Positions 1 through 10,730 of a DNA stretch of 64,000 bases are shown piece by piece. Origin of the DNA: an uncultured delta proteobacterium (GTDB lineage Bacteria > Desulfobacterota > RBG-13-43-22); assembly GCA_963743305.1 (NCBI GenBank), contig CAVUPH010000014.1, positions 464,746-528,745 of the forward strand, given 5' to 3'. Position 1 is the first letter of the stretch. The number at the start of each line of letters is the position of its first letter. Position numbers and translations under genes: made by a program. The notes beneath the pieces were generated by a model. It saw nothing but the letters and a program-made list of their open reading frames with translations. It was not told where the DNA came from and ran no database searches.

Positions 1-420
1 AAAGACCGTCTGCGACTCTGGATTAGGCATCTTTTGGTGAACCGCATCGGCTTTCCGGGCTATCCGGATCAGGCCCGACTCTTCGGTCAGGATAAAGCCC
101 GCACTTACCCGTCGGTCCCAGACAGTGATGCGCTGTTACAAGAGCTACTCGAGCTTTACTGGCGGGGACTGCAAAAGCCCGTCCATTTCTTTCCGCACAC
201 TTCCTGGGTTTACGCCGAGGCCTTATGGAAAAAGAAAAAAAAGGAGGAGGCCTTGAAAATTTCCCGGATAGTCTGGGAAGGATCTGACTTCAACCGGGGA
301 GAGGACCAGGACCCCTATTATCGGGTCTGCTTTGAACACCGGGACCCTTTGGATGAAGAATTCGAGACCCTGGCCGAGAATGTTTTTCTGCCGGTGCTGC
401 AGTGCGAACGGAAGAGTTGA
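1..420 (+). CDS. recC: RecBCD gamma subunit, C-terminal part (5' end outside the window)
   Basis: Frame is open from base 1 (KDRLRLWIRHLL...YWRGLQKPVHFFPHTSW...DPYY); lies directly upstream of and overlaps recB. Confidence 0.85.
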   Translation, partial: KDRLRLWIRHLLVNRIGFPGYPDQARLFGQDKARTYPSVPDSDALLQELLELYWRGLQKPVHFFPHTSWVYAEALWKKKKKEEALKISRIVWEGSDFNRGEDQDPYYRVCFEHRDPLDEEFETLAENVFLPVLQCERKS

Positions 421-3400
421 CCTTGATCCCTCAAGACCTCAAAACCCCCGGTTTTGATCTCTTGAATAGTCCCCTGGAGGGAACCAACCTGATTGAAGCC
501 GGGGCCGGCACGGGAAAGACCTATACCCTCACCGGCCTCTTTCTGCGACTGATCCTGGAGAGGCGGCTGCCGGTAAACGAGATCCTGGTGGTGACTTATA
601 CCGTAGCCGCCACCGAGGAATTGCGCGATCGGATCCGCCGCAAAATCCGAGAAGCCCTGGAGGCTTGTTCCGGCGGAACCAGCCCGGATTCGTTTTTGCA
701 GAGTTTGCTCCTTAAAGTCCCGGACCGGGAAGAGGCGGCCGTCCTCCTGCACGCCGCCCTCCTGGATTTCGATGAGGCGGCTATTTTCACCATTCATGGC
801 TTTTGCCAGCGGACGCTGCAGGAGAGCGCGTTTGAAAGCGGCAGCCTGTTTGATACGGAATTGGAACCTGAAGAGGAAACCGAGCTGATAGCGGAAATCG
901 TCCAGGATTTCTGGCGCCGGCACTTTTATGATGCTCCCCGGGAGTGGGTCCAGTACGCCCTGAGCCTGAACCTCGGTCCGGTTACCTTCCTGGAGCTTTT
1001 GAAAAAAGGGCGGTTTCAGTCCGACTTGAAAATTATTCCCCGGACCGATCCGGTGGTTTTCACAACCCTGGAGCCTTTTCGCCGGGCCTATGTCGAATTG
1101 CGGAATGCTTGGCCGAAGGCTCGGGACGAGGTGGAACAGGCCTTCAGCGATCCGGCTTTGACCGCCGACTACAGGGATCAGGTAGCTGCCAGACTGAGTC
1201 TGATGGATGCCTTTTTAGAGGAAAACAGCCCGGTCTTTCCCCTGCCGGAAAAATTCGAAAAATTCACTTCCAGGGGTTTGGAGAAGAAAACCAGGAAAAA
1301 GTTGAAAACCCCGCGGCATCCCTATTTTCTATTGTGCGATGCCCTGAAACTGGCGGCCGAGGCGCTTCGCCTGGAAATGGACCGCCACTTGCTGTATCTA
1401 AAAGGGGCGGTTTTTCAGTTCCTGGGGCAGGAACTGCCGATTCGGAAGCAGCGGCGCAACATCCAATCGTTTGATGATCTCCTGATCCGCCTGCGCCGAT
1501 CTCTGGAAAAGCCTGGGGGGGACGAACTGTCCCGAGAGGTCAGGAAACGATATCGGGCCGCCCTCATTGATGAGTTCCAGGACACGGATCCCGTCCAGTA
1601 CGCTATCTTCAGGAATATTTTCGGACAAGGGGGCTCCATATTATTTATAATCGGCGACCCCAAGCAGGCCATTTACAGATTCCGGGGTGCCGACCTGTTT
1701 GCCTACCTGAAGGCTGCCGGTCGGGTGGATCGTCGCTACACCCTGGACCGGAACTGGCGTTCCGAACCGGGATTGATTGCCGCGGTCAATACGGTCTTCG
1801 GCTGCCGGGAAAACGCCTTTCTCTACCGGGAGATCCCCTTTGAACCTGCGGTAGCGGAGGAAGGGGGATCGCAGGCCTTTTTAACCATCCGGGGGAAAAG
1901 GGAACCGCCGCTGCACTTCTGGCAGGTTAATTCGGGCGATGGAGGCCTCATTAATAAAGGGGAGGCCGAAGCCCTGATTCCCGGGGCGGTGGCCGGCGAA
2001 ATCTCCCGCCTCCTGAGGCTCGGAAAGAATGGCGAAGCCCTCCTGGACAGCCGGCGGCTGCGCGAGGGAGATCTGGCGGTACTGGTGCGCACCAACCGGC
2101 AGGCCCGGCTGATGCAGACGGCCCTGGGCCGATTGAAAATCGCCAGTGTCCTTCATACTACCGGAAATTTGTTTGACAGCTACGAGGCACAGGAGGTGCA
2201 GCGGGTACTGGACGGGATGGTTCATCCCCTTCGGGAGGGTCGGATCAGGGCGGCGCTGGCCACCAACCTGCTGGGAGTGACCGGGGAAACCCTGGAAAGG
2301 CTCACCCGCGATGAGGCCGGGTGGGAGGAGTGGCTTTCCCGATTCAGGGAATATTACGACATAGGGGAAAAGAAGGGGTTTATCCGGATGTTCCGGTATT
2401 TTCTGCTTCGGGAAAAGGTCCGTTCTCGCTTGCTTGGCTTGCCTAACGGGGAGAGACGGCTGACGAATGTGCTCCACCTTTCCGAGGTGCTCCACCAGAG
2501 AGTTGTTGAAGAAAAGCTAGGCCTGACCGGACTCTCAAAATGGCTGGCCAGGCAATGCGACCCTGGTTCCCCGCGGCTGGAGGAACATCAGCTTCGGCTG
2601 GAAAGCGATGCCGAGGCCGTAAAAATCGTTACCATCCACAGGAGCAAGGGGTTGGAGTACCCGATCGTTTTTTGCCCCTTTAACTGGGATCCATCGAAGA
2701 TTAAAAAGGGGGCCTTTAGTTTCCACGACCGCGAGGAAGACTGGAGGCTCAACCTGGTGCTGGACCCGAAGGCGGGGGGGGATCGCGATTTGGTCGAATT
2801 GGCCGCACAGGAGGAACTGGCAGAAAACCTGAGGCTGCTCTATGTGTCGCTGACCCGTGCCAAAAACCGCTGTTATCTCATTTGGGGAAGGTTTCGGGAC
2901 GCGGAGACCTCCTCCCTGGCCTACCTGCTGGCTCCTCCCGGGGACACTGACGAAAATATTGTCCAAAAAGTGGAAACCCATTTTCAGGCCAAGACCGATG
3001 TCAGGCTCCGGCAGGACTTGGACGGACTGGCCCGGAAATCCGAGGGAATGATCCGGGTAACCGAGCTGCCGAGAGTCCCGGGTGAGGAAGTTAGCCCGGA
3101 TGAAATAGACTGGGATGAATTGAGCGGGAGGGTTTTCCGGGGGACTGTTTCCCGGGAATGGCAGATCGCCAGTTTTTCCCGACTGACCGTCGGGGTTAAA
3201 GAAACCTTTGATTCCCCGCAATCGGAAGACGCCTCCGCTGACCTGCCGGACCACGACCAGGCCCAGGACGCCGAAGAACCGTTTTTGGATCCGGAGCCGT
3301 TCTCCATTTTTGCCTTTCCCCGGGGGGCCAAAGCGGGGACTCTGCTGCATGATCTTTTGGAAAATCTGGATTTCAGCGAAACAGACCCTCTGGTCATAAT

Positions 3401-4055
3401 GAAATTGGTGGCGGATAAACTGGCAGAATACGGGTTTGATCCGAAGTGGCAGGATACGGTCGTCGGCTTAATCGGCCGGGTGCTGAAGGCGCCGCTCCCC
3501 TCCCCTTTCGGGAGCTTCAGCCTGGGGCAGATCTCCCGGGCCGAGCGTCTCAGTGAGCTCGAATTTAATTTTCCCCTTCAGCGGGTAACCCCCCAGGGGC
3601 TGGCAAAAATTTTTGCCGATCACGGGGGGATAGGGCTGTCGGCCGGATTTTCCACCCGGCTTGAAAACCTAGATTTTCAACCGGCCCGAGGGTTCATGAA
3701 AGGTTTCATCGACCTGGTTTTTCAATTCCAGGGGCGCTATTACCTGGTGGACTGGAAATCAAACTTTCTGGGGGGGAGAGCGAAAGACTACCACCGGGAG
3801 AACCTGGTTCGGACCATGGAGGACCATTTTTACCGCCTGCAGTTAAATCTCTACGTGCTGGCCCTGCACCGTTATTTAAAATACCGGCTCCCCGGGTATC
3901 GCTATGCAGAACATTTCGGCGGTGCCTTTTATCTCTTTCTGCGGGGCATAAACCTGGAGGAAGAAAAGGGATTCGGGATCTACTCTGAATCGCCGCGGGA
4001 GGGGCTGATTGAGGTCCTGAGCCAAAGCCTGATCGGGGAGGAGGCCGCTTCATGA
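402..4055 (+). CDS. recB: RecBCD beta subunit (helicase-nuclease)
   Basis: LIEAGAGTGKT Walker A, LIDEFQDTD, IGDPKQAIYRFRGAD, TIHRSKGLEY and C-terminal nuclease motif GFIDLVF...DWKSN; 1217 aa. Confidence 0.97.
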   Translation: MRTEELTLIPQDLKTPGFDLLNSPLEGTNLIEAGAGTGKTYTLTGLFLRLILERRLPVNEILVVTYTVAATEELRDRIRRKIREALEACSGGTSPDSFLQSLLLKVPDREEAAVLLHAALLDFDEAAIFTIHGFCQRTLQESAFESGSLFDTELEPEEETELIAEIVQDFWRRHFYDAPREWVQYALSLNLGPVTFLELLKKGRFQSDLKIIPRTDPVVFTTLEPFRRAYVELRNAWPKARDEVEQAFSDPALTADYRDQVAARLSLMDAFLEENSPVFPLPEKFEKFTSRGLEKKTRKKLKTPRHPYFLLCDALKLAAEALRLEMDRHLLYLKGAVFQFLGQELPIRKQRRNIQSFDDLLIRLRRSLEKPGGDELSREVRKRYRAALIDEFQDTDPVQYAIFRNIFGQGGSILFIIGDPKQAIYRFRGADLFAYLKAAGRVDRRYTLDRNWRSEPGLIAAVNTVFGCRENAFLYREIPFEPAVAEEGGSQAFLTIRGKREPPLHFWQVNSGDGGLINKGEAEALIPGAVAGEISRLLRLGKNGEALLDSRRLREGDLAVLVRTNRQARLMQTALGRLKIASVLHTTGNLFDSYEAQEVQRVLDGMVHPLREGRIRAALATNLLGVTGETLERLTRDEAGWEEWLSRFREYYDIGEKKGFIRMFRYFLLREKVRSRLLGLPNGERRLTNVLHLSEVLHQRVVEEKLGLTGLSKWLARQCDPGSPRLEEHQLRLESDAEAVKIVTIHRSKGLEYPIVFCPFNWDPSKIKKGAFSFHDREEDWRLNLVLDPKAGGDRDLVELAAQEELAENLRLLYVSLTRAKNRCYLIWGRFRDAETSSLAYLLAPPGDTDENIVQKVETHFQAKTDVRLRQDLDGLARKSEGMIRVTELPRVPGEEVSPDEIDWDELSGRVFRGTVSREWQIASFSRLTVGVKETFDSPQSEDASADLPDHDQAQDAEEPFLDPEPFSIFAFPRGAKAGTLLHDLLENLDFSETDPLVIMKLVADKLAEYGFDPKWQDTVVGLIGRVLKAPLPSPFGSFSLGQISRAERLSELEFNFPLQRVTPQGLAKIFADHGGIGLSAGFSTRLENLDFQPARGFMKGFIDLVFQFQGRYYLVDWKSNFLGGRAKDYHRENLVRTMEDHFYRLQLNLYVLALHRYLKYRLPGYRYAEHFGGAFYLFLRGINLEEEKGFGIYSESPREGLIEVLSQSLIGEEAAS

Positions 4056-5893
4056 AGCCCTCCTGGACGGCCGCTTTTTTGGAAAGAAAAATCCTTTCGC
4101 CGCTGGATGTCCATTTTGCCGGGCTGATGACTCGACTTGCCGGGACCGCAAGCGAAGCCCTCTTCCTGGCTGCCGCCCTGGTCAGCCATTACCAGGGGCT
4201 GGGGCATGTCTGCTTCGATCTCTCCGGTCTGGCCGGGAAGATGCTACTGGAGGACGCACCGGATTCCCCGGCCTGCCCCCCCTTGGAGCGCTGGGTTCAA
4301 GGGCTGAAAAAGGAAGGGGTGGTGGGGAGGCCGGGGGATTATAAACCCCTGATCCTAAATGGTCCCCGCCTTTATTTGTTCCGCTACTGGGAGTATGAAC
4401 GAAAACTGATCGATTTCCTGAAGGAACGAACCGCTGAAGAGGCTTTCCCGGCAAATGAAGCTTCCCTCCGGGACGGGCTGGCCCGACTTTTTCCTTCCCT
4501 AGACCCCGGAGAGACGGATTGGCAAAAGGTGGCTGCCCTGGCTTCGGCCTGGAAAAGGTTCTGCGTAATCTCCGGGGGCCCGGGGACCGGGAAGACCTTT
4601 ACGGTGGCCAAGATCCTGGCGCTTCTCCTGGAGCAAAATAGTCCCGGGAGGCTGCGGATAGCCCTGGCGGCCCCCACCGGAAAGGCCGCCGCCCGGGTGC
4701 AGGAAGCCCTAAAAAAGGCTCGAGAGCTATTGGAATGTACGGAGGCGGTTAAAGCCGCCCTGCCCCTAGAGGCCTTTACCCTTCACCGCCTATTGAAGCC
4801 TATCCCGGCGACTCCCTATTTCCGCTACGATTCGAAAAACCCCCTGCCCTTTGAGGTAGTGGTCATCGATGAGGCCTCGATGGTGGACCTGGCCCTATTG
4901 TCCAAGCTGGTCCAGGCCCTCCCCCCGCTATCCAAATTGATCCTGCTGGGGGATAAGGATCAATTGGCCTCGGTCGAGGCTGGGGCCGTATTGGGAGATA
5001 TTTGCGGCTTAGAAAATAAATACGGATTTTCGAGAGATTTCCGTGATGCCTATCAAAGAATTGTCGGGGAGAGGCTGGGGGGCGGGGCAGAGGAGGACCG
5101 CGGAACCGGGATGAGGGACGTTATCATTCCGCTCAAAAAAAGTTACCGCTTCGGGTCCTCAAGCGGGATTGGGGCCGTGAGTCGAGCTGTAAATGAAGGA
5201 GATGGCGCCGGCGCCTATGATCTGCTGAGAGCCAGCAACGCCGCTGATATCCGCTGGGGGGACCTTCCCAGCCCCGAAGCCCTGGGGGCGAGGCTAAAAG
5301 ATCTGGCGGTAAGGGAGCTTTCGGGGTATTTTCAGCCGAACCGGGCCGAGAATATTTTCGAATTGTTCAGCAGATTCCGGATCCTCTGCGCCCTGCGGGA
5401 AGGCCCTTATGGGGTCCAGGCGCTGAACCGGCTGATGGAGCAGCTTTTGCGGCAGGAAGGCCTGATCCGCCAGATAGGCCGCTGGTATCCCGGCCGGCCG
5501 GTCATGGTCACTAAAAATGACTACCAGTTAAGGCTTTTCAACGGGGATATGGGGATTACCTTGCCGGACCCTGACGGAAATCATGAGCTCAGAGTCTTTT
5601 TTCCCTCCCCGGAAGGCGGAGTTCGAAAATTTCCTCCCCGCCGGCTCCCGGAACATGAGAACGTTTATGCCATGACGGTGCACAAAAGCCAGGGGTCGGA
5701 ATTCGACCGGGTCCTCCTGATTCTGCCGGACCGGGATGTCCCGGTGTTGACCCGGGAATTGATTTACACCGGGATCACCCGGGCCCGGGAGCAGATGGAA
5801 ATATGGGGGAAGAAAACGACTTTTTTGCGGGCGGTATCCCGCCGCATCGAGCGCTCCTCCGGACTCCGTGAAGCCCTCTGGGGGGAAGATTGA
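4052..5893 (+). CDS. recD: RecBCD alpha subunit (5'-3' helicase)
   Basis: ISGGPGTGKT, AAPTGKAAAR, IDEASMVD, LGDKDQLASVEAG, YAMTVHKSQGSEF; ATGA overlap with recB. Confidence 0.97.
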   Translation: MKPSWTAAFLERKILSPLDVHFAGLMTRLAGTASEALFLAAALVSHYQGLGHVCFDLSGLAGKMLLEDAPDSPACPPLERWVQGLKKEGVVGRPGDYKPLILNGPRLYLFRYWEYERKLIDFLKERTAEEAFPANEASLRDGLARLFPSLDPGETDWQKVAALASAWKRFCVISGGPGTGKTFTVAKILALLLEQNSPGRLRIALAAPTGKAAARVQEALKKARELLECTEAVKAALPLEAFTLHRLLKPIPATPYFRYDSKNPLPFEVVVIDEASMVDLALLSKLVQALPPLSKLILLGDKDQLASVEAGAVLGDICGLENKYGFSRDFRDAYQRIVGERLGGGAEEDRGTGMRDVIIPLKKSYRFGSSSGIGAVSRAVNEGDGAGAYDLLRASNAADIRWGDLPSPEALGARLKDLAVRELSGYFQPNRAENIFELFSRFRILCALREGPYGVQALNRLMEQLLRQEGLIRQIGRWYPGRPVMVTKNDYQLRLFNGDMGITLPDPDGNHELRVFFPSPEGGVRKFPPRRLPEHENVYAMTVHKSQGSEFDRVLLILPDRDVPVLTRELIYTGITRAREQMEIWGKKTTFLRAVSRRIERSSGLREALWGED

Positions 5894-5938
5894 GTCCACT
5901 GATGACTTTCATACGAAAAAGGAAAACCTTCCGCTTTT

Positions 5939-7405
5939 TTACCGTTTCCGGCCGCTGCCGAAGAGGGACCCCAGAACCCCCCGGATGATTTGCCGACCGA
6001 TCTGGCTGCCGATGGCGTGGGCCGCGCTCTGGGCCATGGCCCCCAGCATTTTTGAAACCTGAGAGGATTCTCCCTGGGGACGAACTTTGGCCGCGGCCGC
6101 CTCCAGTTCCTCGTTTTGTCGCTTTACTGCCCGCTCCTTCAATTTTTCATAAGCCGATTCTCGGTCCACATCCCGGTCATACTGCCCGTAGAGCACGGAC
6201 CCACGGATGATTTGGGTCCGCTCCTCCGGGCTCAAAGGGGTTAATCGGCTTCGGGGGGGAAGAATCAGCGCCCTTTCCACCGGCGTAGGCGCACCCTTCC
6301 GGTCCAGGACCGATATCAGGGCCTCGCCCACTTTGAGTTCGGTGATGGCCTGAAAAACGTCAAGGGGTGGATTGATCCGGAAAGTCTCGGCGGCCGCCTT
6401 GACGGTTTTCTGGTCCTTGGGGGTAAAGGCCCGGAGGGCATGCTGCACCCGATGGCCCAACTGACCCAGCACCGCTTCGGGGATATCCAGGGGGTTCTGG
6501 GTCACAAAGTAAATACCCACTCCCTTGGACCGGATCAGACGCACCACCTGCTCGATTTTGTCCTGGAGGGCTTTGGGTATATCTTCAAAAAGCAGGTGGG
6601 CCTCGTCAAAAAAGAAAACCAATCGGGGTTTCTCGGGATCGCCCACCTCCGGAAGCTGTTCAAAAAGTTCGGACATCAGCCAGAGCAGCAGCGTGGCATA
6701 AACCTTGGGGGAGCGCATCAAACGGTCGGCGCTCAGGACATTGATGATCCCCTTACCGGAACCCTCCGTTTGGATAAAGTCCTGGATGTTCAGGGCCGGC
6801 TCGCCGAAAAATCGGGCGCCGCCTTCCTGCTCCAGGGTCAGCAGGCCCCGTTGAATGGCCCCGACGCTGGCCTTGGAGATATTCCCGTATTGCGTCGTGA
6901 ACCGTTCCGCCTGATCCCCCGCGAATTGCATCATGGCCTGCAGGTCGTTTAGATCCAGGAGCAGCAGGCCGTCATCATCGGCGATTTTAAAGGTTATATT
7001 CAGAACGCCGCTTTGGGTTTCGTTCAGGTTCAGGATCCGGCTTAGCAGTAACGGCCCCATCTCCGAAATCGTGGTCCGGAGAGGATGGCCTTGTTCCCCG
7101 AAGACATCCCAAAAAACTACCGGATTCCCTTCAAAGGCAAAGCCTTTGAGACCCAACTGCTGGACCCGCTCCGCCACCTTGGGGTTTTCTCCTCCGGGCA
7201 ACGGCAGTCCGGAGAGGTCGCCTTTGATATCGGCCAGAAAAACGGGAACGCCGATCCGGCTGAAGGCCTCGGCCAGGACCCGCAAAGTCACGGTTTTGCC
7301 GGTGCCCGTGGCTCCGGCGATGAGGCCGTGGCGATTGGCCATTTCGGCCAAGATGGCGATCTCCTCCCGGGCCTGGGCTACGGGCAGGGATAATGGTTCA
7401 GTCAT
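5939..7405 (-). CDS. DUF853/YjgR-like HerA-family ATPase
   Basis: [47 protein letters not shown]; ATG at 7405 follows an AGGAGA RBS. Confidence 0.9.
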   Translation of the reverse strand: MTEPLSLPVAQAREEIAILAEMANRHGLIAGATGTGKTVTLRVLAEAFSRIGVPVFLADIKGDLSGLPLPGGENPKVAERVQQLGLKGFAFEGNPVVFWDVFGEQGHPLRTTISEMGPLLLSRILNLNETQSGVLNITFKIADDDGLLLLDLNDLQAMMQFAGDQAERFTTQYGNISKASVGAIQRGLLTLEQEGGARFFGEPALNIQDFIQTEGSGKGIINVLSADRLMRSPKVYATLLLWLMSELFEQLPEVGDPEKPRLVFFFDEAHLLFEDIPKALQDKIEQVVRLIRSKGVGIYFVTQNPLDIPEAVLGQLGHRVQHALRAFTPKDQKTVKAAAETFRINPPLDVFQAITELKVGEALISVLDRKGAPTPVERALILPPRSRLTPLSPEERTQIIRGSVLYGQYDRDVDRESAYEKLKERAVKRQNEELEAAAAKVRPQGESSQVSKMLGAMAQSAAHAIGSQIGRQIIRGVLGSLFGSGRKR

Positions 7406-7702
7406 CTCAGGTCTCCTTCTGCTATCCGGGATGAGTTCACTATAGGAAGTTGTCGGCTCTCTTGTCAACCTTCCTGAAAAGAGGGGGCGACAGTAGGGGA
7501 CCGAGGGCCGACTCGAACTGGAAACAACAATTTTCCGTCCCGGGAAAAGTGCAAATGGAGTATTTCATTTTCTCCTTGCTCATCGGGCCGTTTTCATTTT
7601 ATATTTTAGGATAATGCGATCAGCCCAATAAACAGGACGGGACCGGGGAATATTGACCGGGGGGGATAATTAATCACCAAACACGGTACCAGGGAGAAAA
7701 CA

Positions 7703-10474
7703 ATGGCAAAATCTTCGGCCCGAGGGAAGAATGAAAAACAGTGGGTTTATTTGTTTGATAACCTGGAGGCGGTGGAGGCCTATCTGCAGCCCAAGAGCTG
7801 GGATGAAGTGAAAGGTCTATTGGGCGGAAAGGGAGCCAACCTGTTTGAGATGACCCGCCTGGGCCTTCCGGTTCCGCCCGGATTTACCGTCACCACCAAG
7901 GCCTGCAACGCCTATTTGGACCACGAGCGGAAGTTCCCTCCCGGCCTCTGGGAACAGGAGATGGCCGCTCTGCGCCATCTGGAGGAAAAAACCGGTAAAC
8001 GCTTCGGGGATCCGACCCGCCCGCTTTTTGTTTCCTGCCGCTCCGGCGCCAAGTTTTCCATGCCCGGCATGATGGATACCGTACTCAATATCGGTCTCAA
8101 CGATGAAACCGCCCAAGGTCTGGTGGCGTTGACCAATGACCCGCGTTTTGTGTTTGACTCCTACCGGCGGCTGGTCCAGATGTTCGGGGTCGTGGTCCTG
8201 GGCGTTCCGGATGAACCGTTTGAAGTTTTTATTGAAAAAATGAAAAAGAGTCGGGGAGTACGGTTGGATGTGGAGTTGGAGGCCGAAGACTGGCTGCGCA
8301 TTACCGCGCACTTTAAAGGTCAGATCATGTCCTATACCGGCCGGGAATTTCCCCAGGATCCCAGCGAGCAATTGGAAATGGCCACTCGGGCCGTATTCAA
8401 CAGTTGGTTCGGCAAGCGGGCCGTGGATTACCGCAACGCGACCGGTATCCGCCACGACCTGGGCACCGCCGTCAATATTCAGGTGGTAGTCTTTGGCAAC
8501 ATGGGTGAGGACAGCGGAACCGGCGTGGCCTTCACCCGGAATCCGGTCAACGGGAACAAGGAACTCTATGGCGATTATTTGCTCAACGCCCAGGGCGAAG
8601 ATGTGGTGGCCGGCATCCGCAACACCTCGTCCATACAAAACCTCCAGCGGGACATGCCGGAGGCCTTCGCTGAGTTCGCCGCTATTTGTGAAAAGCTGGA
8701 GAGCCATTTCCATGAAATGCAGGACGTGGAGTTCACGATTGAAAACCGCAAACTCTGGATGCTGCAGACCCGGGACGGCAAACGCACCGCCCGGGCGGCC
8801 ATCAAAATTGCCGTGGATATGGTCGAGGAAGGCCTGATCGACAAGAAAAAAGCGATCCTGCGCGTCAATCCCGAACAGGTGGACATGCTGCTCCACCCGC
8901 AGTTCAGCGCCGTCGCCAAGGAGCAGGCCCGGGTCGAGGGACGGCGACTGGTCCAAAAGGCCGTCAATGCCAGCCCCGGCGCCGCCGTGGGCCAGGCTGT
9001 CTTTGATGCCGATACGGCGGAAAAATGGGGTAAGGAAGGCAAGGCGGTGATCATGGTTCGGCCGGAAACCAAGCCGGACGATGTCCACGGCATGATCGCT
9101 TCCAAAGGCATTCTTACCAGCCACGGCGGGGCGACCAGTCATGCCGCCGTGGTGGCTCGCCAATTCGGGACCCCGGCGGTCTGCGGGGCCGATGTGTTGA
9201 CTATCGATGTGGAGCACCGGTTATTCACGGTCAAGAAAGAATCCACCATCGAAGTGCGGGAAGGGGACTGGATCAGCATCGACGGGGGGACCGGCGAGGT
9301 CTTCCTGGGCCAACTGGAAACCCAGGACCCGGATTTCGAACGCGAAACCGATCTGAACGTGCTGCTGACCTGGGCCGATGAAGTTCGCCGCCTGGGTGTC
9401 TGGGCCAACGCCGATTATCCCAAGGACGCCGAACGGGCCCGCCGCTATGGCGCCGAGGGCATTGGCCTCTGCCGGACAGAGCATATGTTCTTCGAGGAAG
9501 ACCGACTGCCTATCGTCCAGGAGATGATCATGGCCACCAGCCGCGGGCGCCGGGTTCCCGCCCTGGCCAGACTGTTGCCCATGCAACGAAGCGATTTCGA
9601 AGGACTTTTCAAAGCCATGGACGGCCATCCAGTGATCATCCGGCTGCTCGACCCGCCGCTGCACGAGTTTCTGCCTGCCTACGACACCCTGGTACAGGAT
9701 CTGGCCGATCTGAAGGTCCGCATCCAGCACTATCATACCTTGAACGAGATCGACCAAGCCTTGGCTGAGCTGCGTCAGAAGGAAGATATCCTCAACCGGG
9801 TCGAGGCCCTGAAGGAATCCAATCCCATGCTCGGCCTGCGCGGCGACCGCTTGAGCGTGGTCATGCCGGAGATTTCCGAAATGCAGATCCGGGCCATCCT
9901 GGAAGCGGCCGTGTGGGTTAAGCGCGACGGCGTGGATGTCCATCCGGAAATCATGATCCCCCTGGCCAGTCACGTCAATGAATTGAAATTCATCAGGAAA
10001 ATCGTGGATGCCACCGCCAAGGCCGTCTTTGAAGAAACGGGCCTGAGCGTCGATTTCAGATACGGCACCATGATCGAGGTGCCGCGCGCCGCCCTGACGG
10101 CCGACGAAATGGCCGGGGAAGCGGAATTTTTCAGTTTCGGGACCAACGACCTGACCCAGACCACCTTCGGCATCAGCCGGGACGACGCCGAGGCCAAATT
10201 CCTCATCAAATATGTGGAGGATGGAATCCTGCCCCAGAACCCCTTTCAGCAATTGGACATCCAGGGCGTCGGCAAGCTGATCGAGATGGCGGTGGCCGGT
10301 GGACGACGGGTGCGGCCGGACCTGCAGGTGGGCATCTGCGGTGAACACGGCGGCGATCCCCAAAGCATCGCCTTCTGCCACCGGATGGGACTGAACTATG
10401 TGAGCTGCAGTCCCTTCCGGGTACCCATCGCCCGTCTGGCGGCGGCCCACGCGGCCCTCAAAGAAGGGACCTAA
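7703..10474 (+). CDS. ppdK: Pyruvate, phosphate dikinase
   Basis: LGGKGANL, SMPGMMDTVLN, AQGEDVVAG, catalytic GGATSHAAVVAR, GLCRTEHMF, FSFGTNDLTQ, GICGEHGGDP. Confidence 0.98.
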   Translation: MAKSSARGKNEKQWVYLFDNLEAVEAYLQPKSWDEVKGLLGGKGANLFEMTRLGLPVPPGFTVTTKACNAYLDHERKFPPGLWEQEMAALRHLEEKTGKRFGDPTRPLFVSCRSGAKFSMPGMMDTVLNIGLNDETAQGLVALTNDPRFVFDSYRRLVQMFGVVVLGVPDEPFEVFIEKMKKSRGVRLDVELEAEDWLRITAHFKGQIMSYTGREFPQDPSEQLEMATRAVFNSWFGKRAVDYRNATGIRHDLGTAVNIQVVVFGNMGEDSGTGVAFTRNPVNGNKELYGDYLLNAQGEDVVAGIRNTSSIQNLQRDMPEAFAEFAAICEKLESHFHEMQDVEFTIENRKLWMLQTRDGKRTARAAIKIAVDMVEEGLIDKKKAILRVNPEQVDMLLHPQFSAVAKEQARVEGRRLVQKAVNASPGAAVGQAVFDADTAEKWGKEGKAVIMVRPETKPDDVHGMIASKGILTSHGGATSHAAVVARQFGTPAVCGADVLTIDVEHRLFTVKKESTIEVREGDWISIDGGTGEVFLGQLETQDPDFERETDLNVLLTWADEVRRLGVWANADYPKDAERARRYGAEGIGLCRTEHMFFEEDRLPIVQEMIMATSRGRRVPALARLLPMQRSDFEGLFKAMDGHPVIIRLLDPPLHEFLPAYDTLVQDLADLKVRIQHYHTLNEIDQALAELRQKEDILNRVEALKESNPMLGLRGDRLSVVMPEISEMQIRAILEAAVWVKRDGVDVHPEIMIPLASHVNELKFIRKIVDATAKAVFEETGLSVDFRYGTMIEVPRAALTADEMAGEAEFFSFGTNDLTQTTFGISRDDAEAKFLIKYVEDGILPQNPFQQLDIQGVGKLIEMAVAGGRRVRPDLQVGICGEHGGDPQSIAFCHRMGLNYVSCSPFRVPIARLAAAHAALKEGT

Positions 10475-10503
10475 AGGATAGCCATTGAAAAAAGCCTGTA
10501 TCG

Positions 10504-10679
10504 ATGGATAAGGACAACGACACCCACCTGAAGACCGTCGGCTACATCCTCTGGCTCTTTGGCTTTACCGGCGCGCATCGTTTTTATTTCGGCAAGCCGC
10601 TTTGGGATACTTGTATGACCTTTGGACCTTGAACGACCAAGTTCACGAAATCAACAACGCCCTGGCGCAAACCTATTGA
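10504..10679 (+). pseudogene. Internally deleted TM2-domain membrane protein gene
   Basis: Own translation: MDKDNDTHLKTVGYILWLFGFTGAHRFYFGKP (TM2 N-terminus) joined out of frame to LGYLYDLWTLNDQVHEINNALAQTY* (family C-terminus). Confidence 0.75.
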
Positions 10680-10730
10680 TTTTAAAGCTACGCCCCGACC
10701 GAATGGGCCTCGTTTTTCTGCTTAAGGGAT

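Noticed and set aside
1-7405. recBCD plus HerA-like ATPase as a defence system
   Set aside because: The genes are convergent and each is a common housekeeping family; no NurA, SIR2 or other defence partner is adjacent.
7817-10450. Long antisense ORFs (466 and 409 aa) opposite ppdK
   Set aside because: Shadow frames of a GC3-rich gene with no recognisable motifs; the same applies to most other antisense or overlapping ORFs in the track.
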